A DNA stretch of 64,000 bases from Actinomycetota bacterium (GTDB lineage: Bacteria > Actinomycetota > CALGFH01 > JBBAAN01): positions 2,124-66,123 of the forward strand of contig JBBAAN010000002.1 of NCBI GenBank assembly GCA_041658225.1, written 5' to 3'. Of the stretch, positions 35,780 to 43,708 are shown piece by piece. The position numbers were made by a program, and so were the translations under genes. How positions within the stretch are numbered: position 1 is the first letter of the stretch; each line of letters opens with the position of its first letter. The notes under the pieces are model-generated. The model saw only the letters and a program-made list of their open reading frames with translations, was not told the DNA's origin and made no database searches.

Positions 35780-37000
35780 TCAGCCGGTCTTCTTGACGTT
35801 GTCGATCTCGGCCTCCGCGGTGTTGCCGGCCAGGTCATAGGCCACGACCTTGTAGTCGTAGTAGACGTTCTTCACGGCCGTCAGGTCCACGAAGGTTGTC
35901 GCCGTCGCGGGCATGGGCGATCCGATCGACAGCCCCCAAGAGCTCGTCCCATGGGCCCGGCGGAATACCGTGTAGCCGCCGAGGTAGGCGTCGGTCGAGG
36001 CGCTCCAGGTCAGGGTGCCCGTCGAGTGAGACCACCCCAGGTTGCCGGGCACGGTGGGGGCCTGGCGGTCCAGGATGATCGTCGCGAAAGCCACACCGCT
36101 GACGTTACCCGCGCCGTCGCGGGCTCGAACCCAAATACTGTTCGGCCCGTCGGGACCCAGGAGAGAGACCATCTGGGCCTCGGTGTACGTCTGCCACGGA
36201 CCCCAGTTGATCCCGTCGTGGGAGAACTGGATCTCCGCGAAGGCGCACAGGTCCACCACGAGCACATGAGCGGTGAGGTCAACAGTGGTCGTGTAGCCAA
36301 CGGAGATCGCGAAGTGGATCGACACCAGCGGAGGGGTGACGTCTCCCATACACTGCGACACGCTCGGTGTGGGGGTTGGCGTCGGTGTGGGGGTTGGCGT
36401 CGGTGACGTGGGCGAGGACGTCGGGGTGGGCGAGCCGTGGACGTTCACCACGCCCGGGGTGAAGACCGAGCTGAGCTTGGACATCCGTTCGGTGCCCTCG
36501 ATACCAGGCCGCACGACTACCGCAACCACCGTCACCCGCTTGGCCGCCATCGCATCCGCGTCGCCCCCGGGCGTCCCGGGCGACGAGCTGGCCCAGGTCA
36601 CGTACTGGTAGATGTCGATGGTCGAGTTGGCCGACACGACCGTGACCTTGTGTTCGATCTGCCCGTCCACAATCAGCGGTTCGGCTCCGCCTCCGGCGTC
36701 GTAGGAGGGAACCGGCGCGTCCGAGACGTCGTAGTCGGGGGACTTCGGGTCGGTACTGTGTGTGGGCAGCGACGTCAGGCCGATGGCCGAGTAGGGCAGG
36801 TTGCGGGTGAACTCGAGATGGCTCTGAGCCGTGGCCGAAGCGGCCGTGCGTTGCCGGGACATGCCGAGCAGCCGCAGCCCCAGCCCCAGGGAGCCCGCGA
36901 CCGCAAGCACGCCGACCGCCAGGATGAACCCGGCGATCGTCACCTCGAGGATCGTCAGGCCCTCATCCCCGCGCGCCAAGCGCTTGAAGCGAATCAGCAT
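35780..37000 (-). CDS. Prepilin-type protein with a class III signal peptide, a PT-repeat linker and a C-terminal fibronectin type III-like domain. Copy 1.
   Basis: Leader MLIRFKRLARGDEG|LTILEV (Glu at +5); TPTPTPTPTPTP linker; FN3-like WSASTDAYLGGYTVFRR...YDYKVVAYDLAGN. Confidence 0.65.
   Translation of the reverse strand: MLIRFKRLARGDEGLTILEVTIAGFILAVGVLAVAGSLGLGLRLLGMSRQRTAASATAQSHLEFTRNLPYSAIGLTSLPTHSTDPKSPDYDVSDAPVPSYDAGGGAEPLIVDGQIEHKVTVVSANSTIDIYQYVTWASSSPGTPGGDADAMAAKRVTVVAVVVRPGIEGTERMSKLSSVFTPGVVNVHGSPTPTSSPTSPTPTPTPTPTPTPSVSQCMGDVTPPLVSIHFAISVGYTTTVDLTAHVLVVDLCAFAEIQFSHDGINWGPWQTYTEAQMVSLLGPDGPNSIWVRARDGAGNVSGVAFATIILDRQAPTVPGNLGWSHSTGTLTWSASTDAYLGGYTVFRRAHGTSSWGLSIGSPMPATATTFVDLTAVKNVYYDYKVVAYDLAGNTAEAEIDNVKKTG
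36365..36430. repeat. Short tandem repeat (18-bp unit cggtgtgggggttggcgt x2 plus degenerate copies) encoding the PT-repeat linker of the FN3 pilin-like protein.
   Basis: Direct reading of sequence; translates on minus strand to TPTPTPTPTPTP. Confidence 0.7.
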
Positions 37001-37050
37001 CTCGCGTCACCCCCGTTCATCACCATTCAGTCTCGACAGGTGCTCTCCCC

Positions 37051-38529
37051 TTAGGGCTTGAGCTCCTCCCACGAGTACCTCACCAGGCTCGTATCCCCGA
37101 AGCCGACGATTCTCTCCACCCGGGAGTCGTAGATGACCTGGAAGCCGTTCTTGACGTCCATGTTGCCCGCGTACAGGGCCCCATTCCCATGGTTGTCGCT
37201 GTTCTTGAATGCCATCTTGCCGGTCGTGTAGAAGATGGTCGCCACGTCCGAAGTGACCTGGACCTTGTTCTTCCCCCAGATCGAGCAGTCGCCACCCTGG
37301 TCGCTGCAACTCATCTCCTGCCCGGGCGGCGCGTACAGGCTCACAATCACCAGAAGCGGCCTGATGACGCCGGGCTGTGTAGAGGCCACAGTGAGGTTGT
37401 CGCCGTCAAAAGCGATGGGCGCGTTGGTCACGACCATCGTGTCCCCGGCGATCGTCCAGTTGCCCGGAAGCGTCAGAACGGTGCTCTGCGAAGCGTTTGA
37501 CTGCCAGACGGCGTAGTTGCCCGAGAACGCTGTGGCCGGGGCCTTGGGCAACCCGTAGTCGTCGGCCTGGCCGGCATTGAAGCGAGCCACCGCGTCGGCG
37601 CTGCCACCGGTGTACGGCGGCGCGGGCGGGGACCCGTAGGTGTGCACCCCCATGCCCGGCTGGTACAGCACGCTCGGGTCAAATTCCGGCAATGTCAGAC
37701 GCTCAGGCTGGGTCGGGCACGGGTCGTGCTTGTTCTTGATCAGTAGCCCGCCCACGAGGGAGCTGATGTTGCCCGCGGCCGAGGCGTTCCCGGTGATCGA
37801 ACCCCCAATGATGTCCGAGAACCCCGACGCAGGCGGACAGACCGCGTTGCCCGCCGTCGCGTTCCCTCCTACGACCGCGCCGTTGGAGAGAAGGATGTTG
37901 CCCCCGCCGGAGGCGTCCCCGCCGGCCCACGCGTCGCGCGAGATCCCGACGTTGTTGCCCGCGGAGAGGTTCCCCTTGTAGACCACAACGGACCCGACCA
38001 TCGAGCAGTTGTTCGCCAGCGTCATGTCATTGACCGAGTAGACATCCCCGGTCACCCCGCAGTTCGTGCTGCCGCCTATGTCGAGGGTGGTGCTGGAGAA
38101 CATCGCATACTTGAAGGATGAGGGCGGAGCCAGGATCTCCTTGATCTCCCGGCTCACCAAGCCGTAGGCGGTCTTGCTCCTGCCGCTTGCCACGATCGTC
38201 TTCCACCCGAGGTGGGGAGAGTCGTGAGTGATGGCCACGTCGTAGGTACCGCCCGGAACCGCGATCCCTGTGGCCCCGTCCCAGGACGGGTTCTGGTTGA
38301 GCTGGTAGACCGCCTCGTTGAGCCCGGCCTCCGACACCGCCAGGGCCTGGTTCCAGTGCACCTGCCTGACTGTGGAGGTGTGCGAGTGGGTGCCGGTCGC
38401 CAGGATCGTGGCCACGAGCATGGTCAGCACGAACAGAACGAGCATGGCCGTGATCACGGCCATTCCCCGCTCATCCTCATGTGCCCGCCGTGCCGGCGCG
38501 AGAAGCCTGAATCTGGCCATATGCCTCAC
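37051..38529 (-). CDS. PilX_N-domain pilus-associated protein with a beta-helix-like G/N-rich repeat region. Copy 1.
   Basis: N-terminus ERGMAVITAMLVLFVLTMLVATILA matches PilX N-terminal domain architecture. The central region has GGNATAGNAV-type repeats. Confidence 0.55.
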   Translation of the reverse strand: MRHMARFRLLAPARRAHEDERGMAVITAMLVLFVLTMLVATILATGTHSHTSTVRQVHWNQALAVSEAGLNEAVYQLNQNPSWDGATGIAVPGGTYDVAITHDSPHLGWKTIVASGRSKTAYGLVSREIKEILAPPSSFKYAMFSSTTLDIGGSTNCGVTGDVYSVNDMTLANNCSMVGSVVVYKGNLSAGNNVGISRDAWAGGDASGGGNILLSNGAVVGGNATAGNAVCPPASGFSDIIGGSITGNASAAGNISSLVGGLLIKNKHDPCPTQPERLTLPEFDPSVLYQPGMGVHTYGSPPAPPYTGGSADAVARFNAGQADDYGLPKAPATAFSGNYAVWQSNASQSTVLTLPGNWTIAGDTMVVTNAPIAFDGDNLTVASTQPGVIRPLLVIVSLYAPPGQEMSCSDQGGDCSIWGKNKVQVTSDVATIFYTTGKMAFKNSDNHGNGALYAGNMDVKNGFQVIYDSRVERIVGFGDTSLVRYSWEELKP

Positions 38530-39086
38530 CCCGAGTTCCTAAGCTGAATGGCCGAAGACAGCACGATGTCGGTCGCCGGATTGGTGAGTCCCAGCGGAAA
38601 CGTGATCGCGATCTGAGTGAGCGGCGACGTGCCCGGGGCCGTGGCCTGCGGCGTCTGGGCACCCGCGTAGTAGTAGCTGAAGATGTCGGGGCTCTTGAGC
38701 TTCGACACGATCTGGCGGCTCCCGCCGCCCGCGGTCCGGTAGAGCAGAGAGCCCGACACCGAGTAGACGACGCGCGTCACCTGGCCGTTCCTATACGTGT
38801 CGATGTCCAAGGACGATGCGGTCGACGGATGCACCTTGGCCGTCTGGCGGATCTCCTTGGTCATGGAGTCCATCGCCAGCCGCACCTGGTCGATGGCCTC
38901 GCCTCGCTGCTGCGAGAACGAGGAGGAGCGCATCACGCTCTCGAGCACGCCCAAAGTGGCGCCAATAATCACGGCCATAAGCGCGACCGTGATCATCAAC
39001 TCCACGACCGTGAAGCCACCCTCCGCTTCGCGCCGTCCAGCCAAGCTTCTGATTGCGGATCGTCTCCCGGGAGCAACTATCGACAT
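38526..39086 (-). CDS. Minor pilin / pseudopilin with a prepilin-type N-terminal cleavage-methylation domain. Copy 1.
   Basis: Leader ...RREAEGG|FTVVELMITVALMAVIIG; PilW/PilV-like size (186 aa); 4-nt overlap with downstream PilX-like gene. Confidence 0.7.
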   Translation of the reverse strand: MSIVAPGRRSAIRSLAGRREAEGGFTVVELMITVALMAVIIGATLGVLESVMRSSSFSQQRGEAIDQVRLAMDSMTKEIRQTAKVHPSTASSLDIDTYRNGQVTRVVYSVSGSLLYRTAGGGSRQIVSKLKSPDIFSYYYAGAQTPQATAPGTSPLTQIAITFPLGLTNPATDIVLSSAIQLRNSG

Positions 39087-39308
39087 CGAACACCACCCCC
39101 ATCTCTCAGGCCAAGTGTCGACAAGCCGAATCCCCGGGTGAATAGACCACCCGGGGGGTTCTGCTGCCCAGTGAATGGCCCGAATGGGGGTGGTTATCGG
39201 GCTGACGGCCCGGCGAGCAGGCGCTGCTCGCCCCCATCCTCGAACGCAAGAAACACTGCGGCTAACGGAGGGTGGCTGACCGATTCCTCGAGCGAGCCGA
39301 GTCGACGG

Positions 39309-40850
39309 TCAGGGCTTCAGTTCCTCCCAGGAGTACCTGACCAGGCTCACGTCTCCGAACCCGACCACGCGCTCGACGCGCGAGTCGTAGGTAACTTCGA
39401 AACCGTTCTTGACGTCCATGTTGCCGCCGTAGAGGGCGCCGTTGCCGCGGTTGGCGCTGTTCTTGAACGCCATCATCCCGGTCGTGTAGAAGAGGGTGGC
39501 CACGTCCGAGCTGATCTGGACCTTGTTCTTTCCCCAGATCGAGCAGTCGCCACCTTGGTCGCTGCAACTCATCTCCTGCCCGGGCGGCGCGTACAGGCTC
39601 ACGATCACCAGGAGTGGTTTGATCACTCCCGGTTGGGTCGACGTAATTGTGATGTTGTTGCCGTCGAAGTTGTTGCCGTCGAAGACGATCGGCGCGTTGG
39701 TCACGATCATGGTGTTCCCGGCCAGTGTCAGTTCCCCCGGCAACACCACCGGGGTGGATTGCGAGGTGTTGGACTGCCAGATCGCGTAGTTGCCGGAGAA
39801 CCCCGTCACATCGGCCTTGGTCAAGCCGTTGTCGCTGACGCTCTTGTCGACGTTGAAGCGGGCGGCCGCGTCGGGGGTGCCCCCCGTGTAGGGAGCGGGA
39901 GGCAGGGATCCGTAGGTGTGAGTATTCATGCCCGACTGGTACATCACACTGGGGCTGAAAACCGGCAGGCTCACCTTCGGCGGCTGCGAGGCGCAGGGGT
40001 CGTGCTTGTTCTGGACGTTCTTGGCCCCTTCGACCTTCACCGTGATCGAGCCTGAGGCGCGGGCGTCACCCTTCACCGTAGCCCCGCTGTTGCCGATGTC
40101 CGACCAGCCCCCGGCGGAGGTGCAGTCCGCCTCCCCGGCGGTTGCGTTACCCCCCACGACCACGTTGCCGGCCAGTACCTGGTCCCCGCCGCCCGAGGCG
40201 TCCCCGCCCGTCCAACTGTCTCGGGAGATCGTGACATTGTTACCTGCCGTGAGGTTGCCCCGGTAGACCATCACCGAGCCCTCGACCTTACAGCTGTTGG
40301 CAAGTGTCATGTTGTCCACCGAGTAGATGTCTCCGGTGACCACGCAGTTCGTGCTGCCGCCAACATCCAGAGTCGTATTGGAGAAGATCGCGTACTTGAA
40401 AGACGGAGGCGGCGCCAGCACCTCCCGGATCTTCCGGCCGACCATCCCGTAGGCCGTCTTGCTTCTGCCGCTGGCGACTAGGGTCTTCCAGCCAAGGTGT
40501 GGAGTGTCGTGGGTGACCGCCACACAGTAGGAACCGCCCGGCACAGCGATCCACTTGTTGGGATCTGAGTCACAAGGCTTGTTCGCCGGGGTCGTTCCGG
40601 GCCACGTCGGGTCCTGGTTGAGTTGGAACACGGCCTCGTTGAGGCCGGCTTCCGCGACCGCTAGAGCCTGGTTCCAGTGCACCTGCCGCACCGTGCTGGT
40701 GTGTAGGTGAGTGCCCGTGGCCAGGATCGTTGCCACCAGCAGGCTCAGGACGAACAGCACGATCACGGCCGTTATCACGGCTATGCCCCGCTCGTCCTCG
40801 TGCGCCCGCCGCACTCGCGCAGACAACCTGGTTGGAGCCATGGGACTCAC
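39309..40850 (-). CDS. PilX_N-domain pilus-associated protein, copy 2.
   Basis: N-terminus ERGIAVITAVIVLFVLSLLVATILA; about 65% identity with copy 1 at termini and a divergent central region. Confidence 0.55.
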   Translation of the reverse strand: MSPMAPTRLSARVRRAHEDERGIAVITAVIVLFVLSLLVATILATGTHLHTSTVRQVHWNQALAVAEAGLNEAVFQLNQDPTWPGTTPANKPCDSDPNKWIAVPGGSYCVAVTHDTPHLGWKTLVASGRSKTAYGMVGRKIREVLAPPPSFKYAIFSNTTLDVGGSTNCVVTGDIYSVDNMTLANSCKVEGSVMVYRGNLTAGNNVTISRDSWTGGDASGGGDQVLAGNVVVGGNATAGEADCTSAGGWSDIGNSGATVKGDARASGSITVKVEGAKNVQNKHDPCASQPPKVSLPVFSPSVMYQSGMNTHTYGSLPPAPYTGGTPDAAARFNVDKSVSDNGLTKADVTGFSGNYAIWQSNTSQSTPVVLPGELTLAGNTMIVTNAPIVFDGNNFDGNNITITSTQPGVIKPLLVIVSLYAPPGQEMSCSDQGGDCSIWGKNKVQISSDVATLFYTTGMMAFKNSANRGNGALYGGNMDVKNGFEVTYDSRVERVVGFGDVSLVRYSWEELKP

Positions 40851-41329
40851 CCCTGATTCCGAAGCTGGATGGCCGATGAGAGCACGATGTCGGTGGCCGG
40901 GTGCGTAAGCCCGAGAGGGAAGGTGATCATGATCTGCGTCAGCGGCGCGGTGCCGGGGGCCGTCGTCGCCGGGGTCTGAGAGCCGGCGTAGTAGTAGTTG
41001 AAGACATTGGGTGTCTTCAGGCGAGCGACCACCTGGCTGCTTCCGCTCCCCTGCGTCCGGTAGAGGATGTAGGGGGGAATGCTGCCTGACACCGAGTAGA
41101 CGACTTTCGTTGGCACACCGCCCACGTACGTATCGATGTCCAGGTTCGAAGCGGTGGACGGACGCACCATGGTGGTCTGGCGGATCTCCTTGGTCATGGA
41201 ATCCAGGGCAAGCCGCACCTGGTCCATGGCCTCCCCGCGCTGCTGAGAGAACGACGCGGAACTCATCACGTTCTCGAGCACGCTCAGGGTCGCGCCCACG
41301 ATAATCGCGAACAACGCGACGGTGATCAT
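40847..41329 (-). CDS. Minor pilin paralog, copy 2. The annotated ATG lies after the predicted cleavage site, so the class III leader has no canonical start codon upstream.
   Basis: In-frame upstream sequence encodes ...TRLREAEGG|FTVLELMIT, but an in-frame TGA lies 23 codons upstream of the ATG. No ATG/GTG/TTG occurs between them, and the FN3-2 stop (TAG) lies inside this stretch in another frame. Confidence 0.5.
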   Translation of the reverse strand: MITVALFAIIVGATLSVLENVMSSASFSQQRGEAMDQVRLALDSMTKEIRQTTMVRPSTASNLDIDTYVGGVPTKVVYSVSGSIPPYILYRTQGSGSSQVVARLKTPNVFNYYYAGSQTPATTAPGTAPLTQIMITFPLGLTHPATDIVLSSAIQLRNQG

Positions 41330-41369
41330 GAGCTCGAGAACGGTGAAACCGCCCTCGGCCTCGCGGAGT

Positions 41370-42599
41370 CTAGTCTTGGCCCTTTTGATTGAGTATCACC
41401 GCCGTCGTGGTATTCCCGGCCTTGTCGTAGGCCTCGACCATGAAGTCGTAGTAGCCACTCCCCGCCCCAGCGTCGTAGTAGCTGGTAGCCGTCGAAGGGT
41501 TCGAGCCGATCGGGCTGCCCCAATCAGTGATTCCGGACGCCCGGCGGTAAACCCGATACCCGCTCAGGTAGGTGTCCGACGAGGCGCTCCACGCGAGGGT
41601 CTTGCTCTGCTTGTTCCAGTTCAGACTACCCGGCGCGGTTGGCGCCTGCCGGTCCAGCACAATGCTGGCCTGGACGATCCCGCTCTCCCGCCAAGCCCCG
41701 TCTCGGTAGCGCGCATACACGGTCTTTTGTCCGTCCGAGCCCGAGAGTGTGTAGATCACCGACGGCGAGTAGGCCTGCCATGCCTTCCAGTCCGTCCCGT
41801 TGTCGGAGAACTGGACCTCGATGACCGGACAGGCATCGGTAGCACCGAGATGGAGAGTGACATCCGCGGACTTGGCAAAGCCGGTGGTGATGGCGAACGC
41901 AATCGAGGTGTTGGTGGGTGCGGCCGGCGGGTTCTCATCCAAACATACCGTCGGACTCCCCGAAGGAGTGGGCGAAGGACTAGCTGTGGCCGTCGGAGTC
42001 AAAGTCGGGACCTGTGTGGGAGCGAAGCTGGCGGGCGGGAACGACACCACCCCGGGAGTAAAGATCGAACTGAGCTTCGCATAGTCGGAGGTACCGCCCA
42101 CCTGCGGGCGTGCCCACCTTGCCACCACTGTCACGCGCTTGGCCGCCTCCGCCGTTCCGCTACCCCCCGGAGTCCCCTTCGAGGAACTCACCCACGTCAC
42201 GTACTGGTAGATCTCCATGGTGGAGTTAGCCTGCGCAACTGTCGTGGTGTGGTCGATCTGGCCTCCCACAATAAGCGGTTCGGCCCCGCCTCCCGCGTTG
42301 TAGGAGGCGACCGGCGTATCGGATACGTAGTAGTCGGGGGACTTCGGATCGGTGCTGTGGGTCGGCATGGACGTCAGGCCAATGGCCGAATAGGGCAAGT
42401 TCCGCGCGTACTCCAGGTACTTCTGGGCCATTCCACTTGCGCCGGTGCGCTGGCGTGCGTCGCCGAGCAGGCGGAGGCCAAGTCCGAGCGATCCGGCCAC
42501 GGCCAAGATGCCGACCGCCAGGATGAAGCCGGCAATGGCCACCTCGAGGATCGTCAGACCCTCGTCGCGCCGCAATGCACGGCCAAGCCGGCTCAGCAT
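41370..42599 (-). CDS. Prepilin-type FN3-domain protein, copy 2; start at MLSRLGRALRRDEG|LTILEV.
   Basis: Same architecture as 35780-37000: leader, S/T/P-rich linker and C-terminal FN3-like domain. Confidence 0.65.
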   Translation of the reverse strand: MLSRLGRALRRDEGLTILEVAIAGFILAVGILAVAGSLGLGLRLLGDARQRTGASGMAQKYLEYARNLPYSAIGLTSMPTHSTDPKSPDYYVSDTPVASYNAGGGAEPLIVGGQIDHTTTVAQANSTMEIYQYVTWVSSSKGTPGGSGTAEAAKRVTVVARWARPQVGGTSDYAKLSSIFTPGVVSFPPASFAPTQVPTLTPTATASPSPTPSGSPTVCLDENPPAAPTNTSIAFAITTGFAKSADVTLHLGATDACPVIEVQFSDNGTDWKAWQAYSPSVIYTLSGSDGQKTVYARYRDGAWRESGIVQASIVLDRQAPTAPGSLNWNKQSKTLAWSASSDTYLSGYRVYRRASGITDWGSPIGSNPSTATSYYDAGAGSGYYDFMVEAYDKAGNTTTAVILNQKGQD

Positions 42600-42652
42600 G
42601 CCGCAACCACCCCTAGTCGTCCCTAATCCCCCCAGACGTGCCCAGAGTATCG

Positions 42653-43708
42653 TCAAGAAGACCCTATCAGTTTAGGCCCCACCGGCCGGGCCGCACGGGT
42701 CCCCAGCAGCAGCCAGCGAAGTAGACGGAGGGCGGGTGCCCGGCGACGCACCAACCGGCGCTTGCGCCAAAGGCGAGGGAACAGCTTCATAGCGTCCGGG
42801 ATTGCCCTGAGCGTGGCGCGCTCGCGCAACGCGCAATAGGCAACGAGGGCCAACTCGCGAGCCAGGATGGCCGGGAGACTCGGCAGGAATGTCGCGAGGG
42901 TCTCGTTCTTGACGCCCACCAGGTAGCGGTTCCTGACGCCGATGCGCCGCACCCACTCTTGCGAGTGCTCCCTCGACTCCGGTCGGAACCTGCGGTTGTG
43001 GCGGCCGACCGCACCGGCGACGTACATTGCCCGCCACCCCGCGGACTTGGCCCGCCACGCCAGATCCACGTCTTCCCGGTAGCAGAACAGGTCCTCGTCC
43101 AAGACCTCGCCCGAACAAGCCACGTCCTCGAGCATCCTCCGTCGGTACAACCCGGCGGCGGCCGAGACCCCGAAAACCCACTCGTCGCGCGCGTACTGCC
43201 CGCGGTCCTCCTGCCCCGCGCCCCGGTCCAGCGCACGCCGATCGGCTCGCACGAAGAGTCCCGTGGAGTCAAAGATCGGCGTGGCCTCCAAAGCGCCCGC
43301 CCGAAGCAGCTTTCCCGTCAGCGAGCCCACCCGCCGCGCGGCGAGGCCCGCCCGCAGCAGTCTCTCCACGTAGTCCGGCTCGAGAACCACGTCGGGATTG
43401 ACCAGGAGAACCCACGGCGCCGTGCCCAGTGCCAGGCCCTGGTTCACCGCCGCCGCGAACCCCAGGTTGCCGGCATTGCGCAGCAGAGTTGCCTGCGGCC
43501 AGAGTCGCGAGATTATCTCCGCCGAGCCATCAACCGATCCGTTGTCGACACAAACAAGCGACACGGGAACGGTCTGAGCTCGAAGGCAGGCAAGGCACTC
43601 CGCAAGACTGGCCGCGCTGTTGAAGCTCACCACCAACGCATCCACGCTCGGCCATCCGCCAGTTCGGCTCTCACCTCCCGCCTGCCCGACCGACGGTGCT
43701 CGCATCAT
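42653..43708 (-). CDS. Family 2 glycosyltransferase.
   Basis: GT2 signature VVSFNSAASLAECLACL...VDNGSVDGS...LVNPD (DxD-type) in first 120 aa. Confidence 0.8.
   Translation of the reverse strand: MMRAPSVGQAGGESRTGGWPSVDALVVSFNSAASLAECLACLRAQTVPVSLVCVDNGSVDGSAEIISRLWPQATLLRNAGNLGFAAAVNQGLALGTAPWVLLVNPDVVLEPDYVERLLRAGLAARRVGSLTGKLLRAGALEATPIFDSTGLFVRADRRALDRGAGQEDRGQYARDEWVFGVSAAAGLYRRRMLEDVACSGEVLDEDLFCYREDVDLAWRAKSAGWRAMYVAGAVGRHNRRFRPESREHSQEWVRRIGVRNRYLVGVKNETLATFLPSLPAILARELALVAYCALRERATLRAIPDAMKLFPRLWRKRRLVRRRAPALRLLRWLLLGTRAARPVGPKLIGSS

Noticed and set aside
36330-36430. Short spaced direct repeats (cggtgtgggggttggcgt) that could superficially look like a mini CRISPR array.
   Set aside because: Only two 18-bp units with no spacers; they sit inside a coding region and translate to a PT linker. 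No cas genes anywhere in the window.
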